In this document: positions 62,408 through 64,000 of the stretch, piece after piece
How the letters are laid out: each line of letters opens with the position of its first letter
Position numbering within the stretch: position 1 is the first letter of the stretch
Source of the DNA: Kondoa subrosea
Lineage: Eukaryota
Assembly: GCA_039545335.1 (NCBI GenBank)
Contig: BCIN01000003.1
Location: forward strand, 1,313,941-1,377,940
DNA: 64,000 nt
Direction: 5' to 3'
Made by a program: the position numbers and the translations under genes
Notes under the pieces: model-generated
Told to the model about the DNA's origin: nothing
Database searches by the model: none
What the model saw: the letters and a program-made list of their open reading frames with translations, nothing else

Positions 62408-64000
62408 TTATGACTGCTGCAGTGATGCTTGATACGCTTTCTGCGCCAGTTCCACCGCTTCCGAAACTTTACTGACTTCTGTTCCAATCCCTTGACCAGA
62501 TTCATCTTTCCCTCCACCTTTGCCTTGCAATACATCAGCAACACTTGCAAGCCATGTCTTGGCGGTGAAAGTCTTTGATACTTCTGCTTTCGGCAAGCAT
62601 GTGACATAGTAGATTTTGCCCTCGCTAGCATCTACAGAGAACAGGAAAGCGGGTTTGGACAGAGTTTGAGCTTGCTTCAGACCAGCTTGAAGCGCCTGCA
62701 AGCGACGAACCACATCAAACGGGCTCTGTATTATACTTAAGCCATTAATACACACCTTCATATTCGATCCAGCTTCTACTTGAGCAATATACGCGCGCTC
62801 GTTTGGGTTCTCCTTAAAGTAAGAAGAGATGCCGTTGGAAAGCTAGTCACTTCTCAGCTAACATTAGATCAACTCCGCACGAGCACTCACTTCTGTTATC
62901 AGAAGTTTGTCTTGAGCTTTCGACTGAGCATCGAGATCCCGTTTGAAGGCAGCGCTGGCATCTTTGAGGTGAGACTTCCGTATCAATGAGCCGTCCAGTT
63001 GATTCAGTTCCTACATAGGAAATGGGTATAGCTCCAAATTAATTGATAACCACTTACCGCGGTGAAGAGCTTGTACGCGGCTTCTTGCGCTTTCGCATCA
63101 GGTAACTTCTTCAATTCTTCCAAACGAGCTTCCATCTCTTGACATCTTTGATGCGCTTCTCGTGCTTTTTCTCCCGTAACACCTATGATTCTTCGGATAC
63201 CTTTGGCGATTCCAGTCTCTTCTGTGATGGTGAAATCTTTTATATCTCCGGTCTTAGCGACGTGTCTATTTCCATACATCAGCAATACTAAAGGCAACGA
63301 TCCAAAAAATTACTAACGTTCCACCGCAGAACTCTACACTAGTCGAGCGCCATTTTGGATTTGTAATATCTTTGGCAATCTCGTCCACCGAGAATTCCAG
63401 TGTCACAACTCTGACTGGATCAGGATATGCTTCGCCGAAAACAGCACGAAGACCAGGAATATCATGAGCTTGTTTGAGCTGCATTTCCTTGCTATACACT
63501 CGAACGTTCTTGTTGACCCATTCGGTGCAGATAGATTCGATCTGCGTCAATTCCTGAACAGTGACTGGCCCTTTGTGCGAGAAATCGAAACGTAGTTTCG
63601 TTGCCGCTACAAGAGAGCCTTTCTGGTCGATATGGTCGCCCAGTACTTCCCTCAGGCCGAAATTGAGGATGTGTGTCGCGGTGTGGTTGCTTTGTAAAGG
63701 TCGCCGCCGGTTCTATCCAATTTTTAGCGATGTCATTGACACAAAAGAATGCGAGATATACCTCATCGTAAGTACAAATGACTTCATCATTTACCTTCAG
63801 GTTGCCATCTTGTAGAGTTCCAATGTGCACAACATAGCCGCTGAACACTTGCACATCCGTTACATTGAATGCAGCTGAACCATCGATGATAATCCGTCCC
63901 GTGTCGGCTTCTTGTCCTCCTGATTCTGCGTAGAAGTTTGTACGATCCAGTATAAGACCCATTGGCTCGCCGCGTGGTATCGATTCTGTAGCATCAATGA
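62408..64000 (-). CDS. ALA1: Alanyl-tRNA synthetase, 3' part (editing and C-Ala domains; 5' end outside window)
   Basis: [75 protein letters not shown]. Confidence 0.97.

Noticed and set aside
1..64000. Numerous 60-150 aa antisense or overlapping ORFs in the supplied track
   Set aside because: Shadows of real exons or chance ORFs, many with non-ATG starts; no independent motifs

Overview
Gene-dense, intron-rich fungal nuclear DNA. Many short GT-AG introns with CTRAY-like branch points suggest a basidiomycete; Pucciniomycotina-like is only a tentative impression. About 31 protein-coding genes were reconstructed by manual splicing, and CDS coordinates span start to stop codon including introns. 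In order: PIF1 (partial), TRI12-type MFS, ATG3, YVH1/DUSP12, F-box/LRR-like, prefoldin 4, S1P lyase DPL1, GSH1, Clr4/DIM-5-type H3K9 methyltransferase, SAM+HMG-box protein, RTA1, ERB1, IBA57, ARP4, KAR5-like, MYND protein, PET191 (not recognisable from the ORF track), (6-4) photolyase, PRX1, CCP1, PY-motif membrane protein, Mug135-like, SF3B1, PPR protein, CCCH zinc-finger protein, sugar/quinate porter, ATG6 and ALA1 (partial), plus several orphans. The most unusual structure is a pair of about 400-bp diverged inverted repeats (54379-54807 and 56722-57122) that bracket the CCCH gene; one arm is the functional 3' end of the neighbouring transporter. Also notable: an intron bounded by a direct repeat, a photolyase-PRX1-CCP1 cluster, and a head-to-head gene pair whose ATGs are 38 bp apart. 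No tRNA, rRNA, CRISPR array or transposase was recognised.
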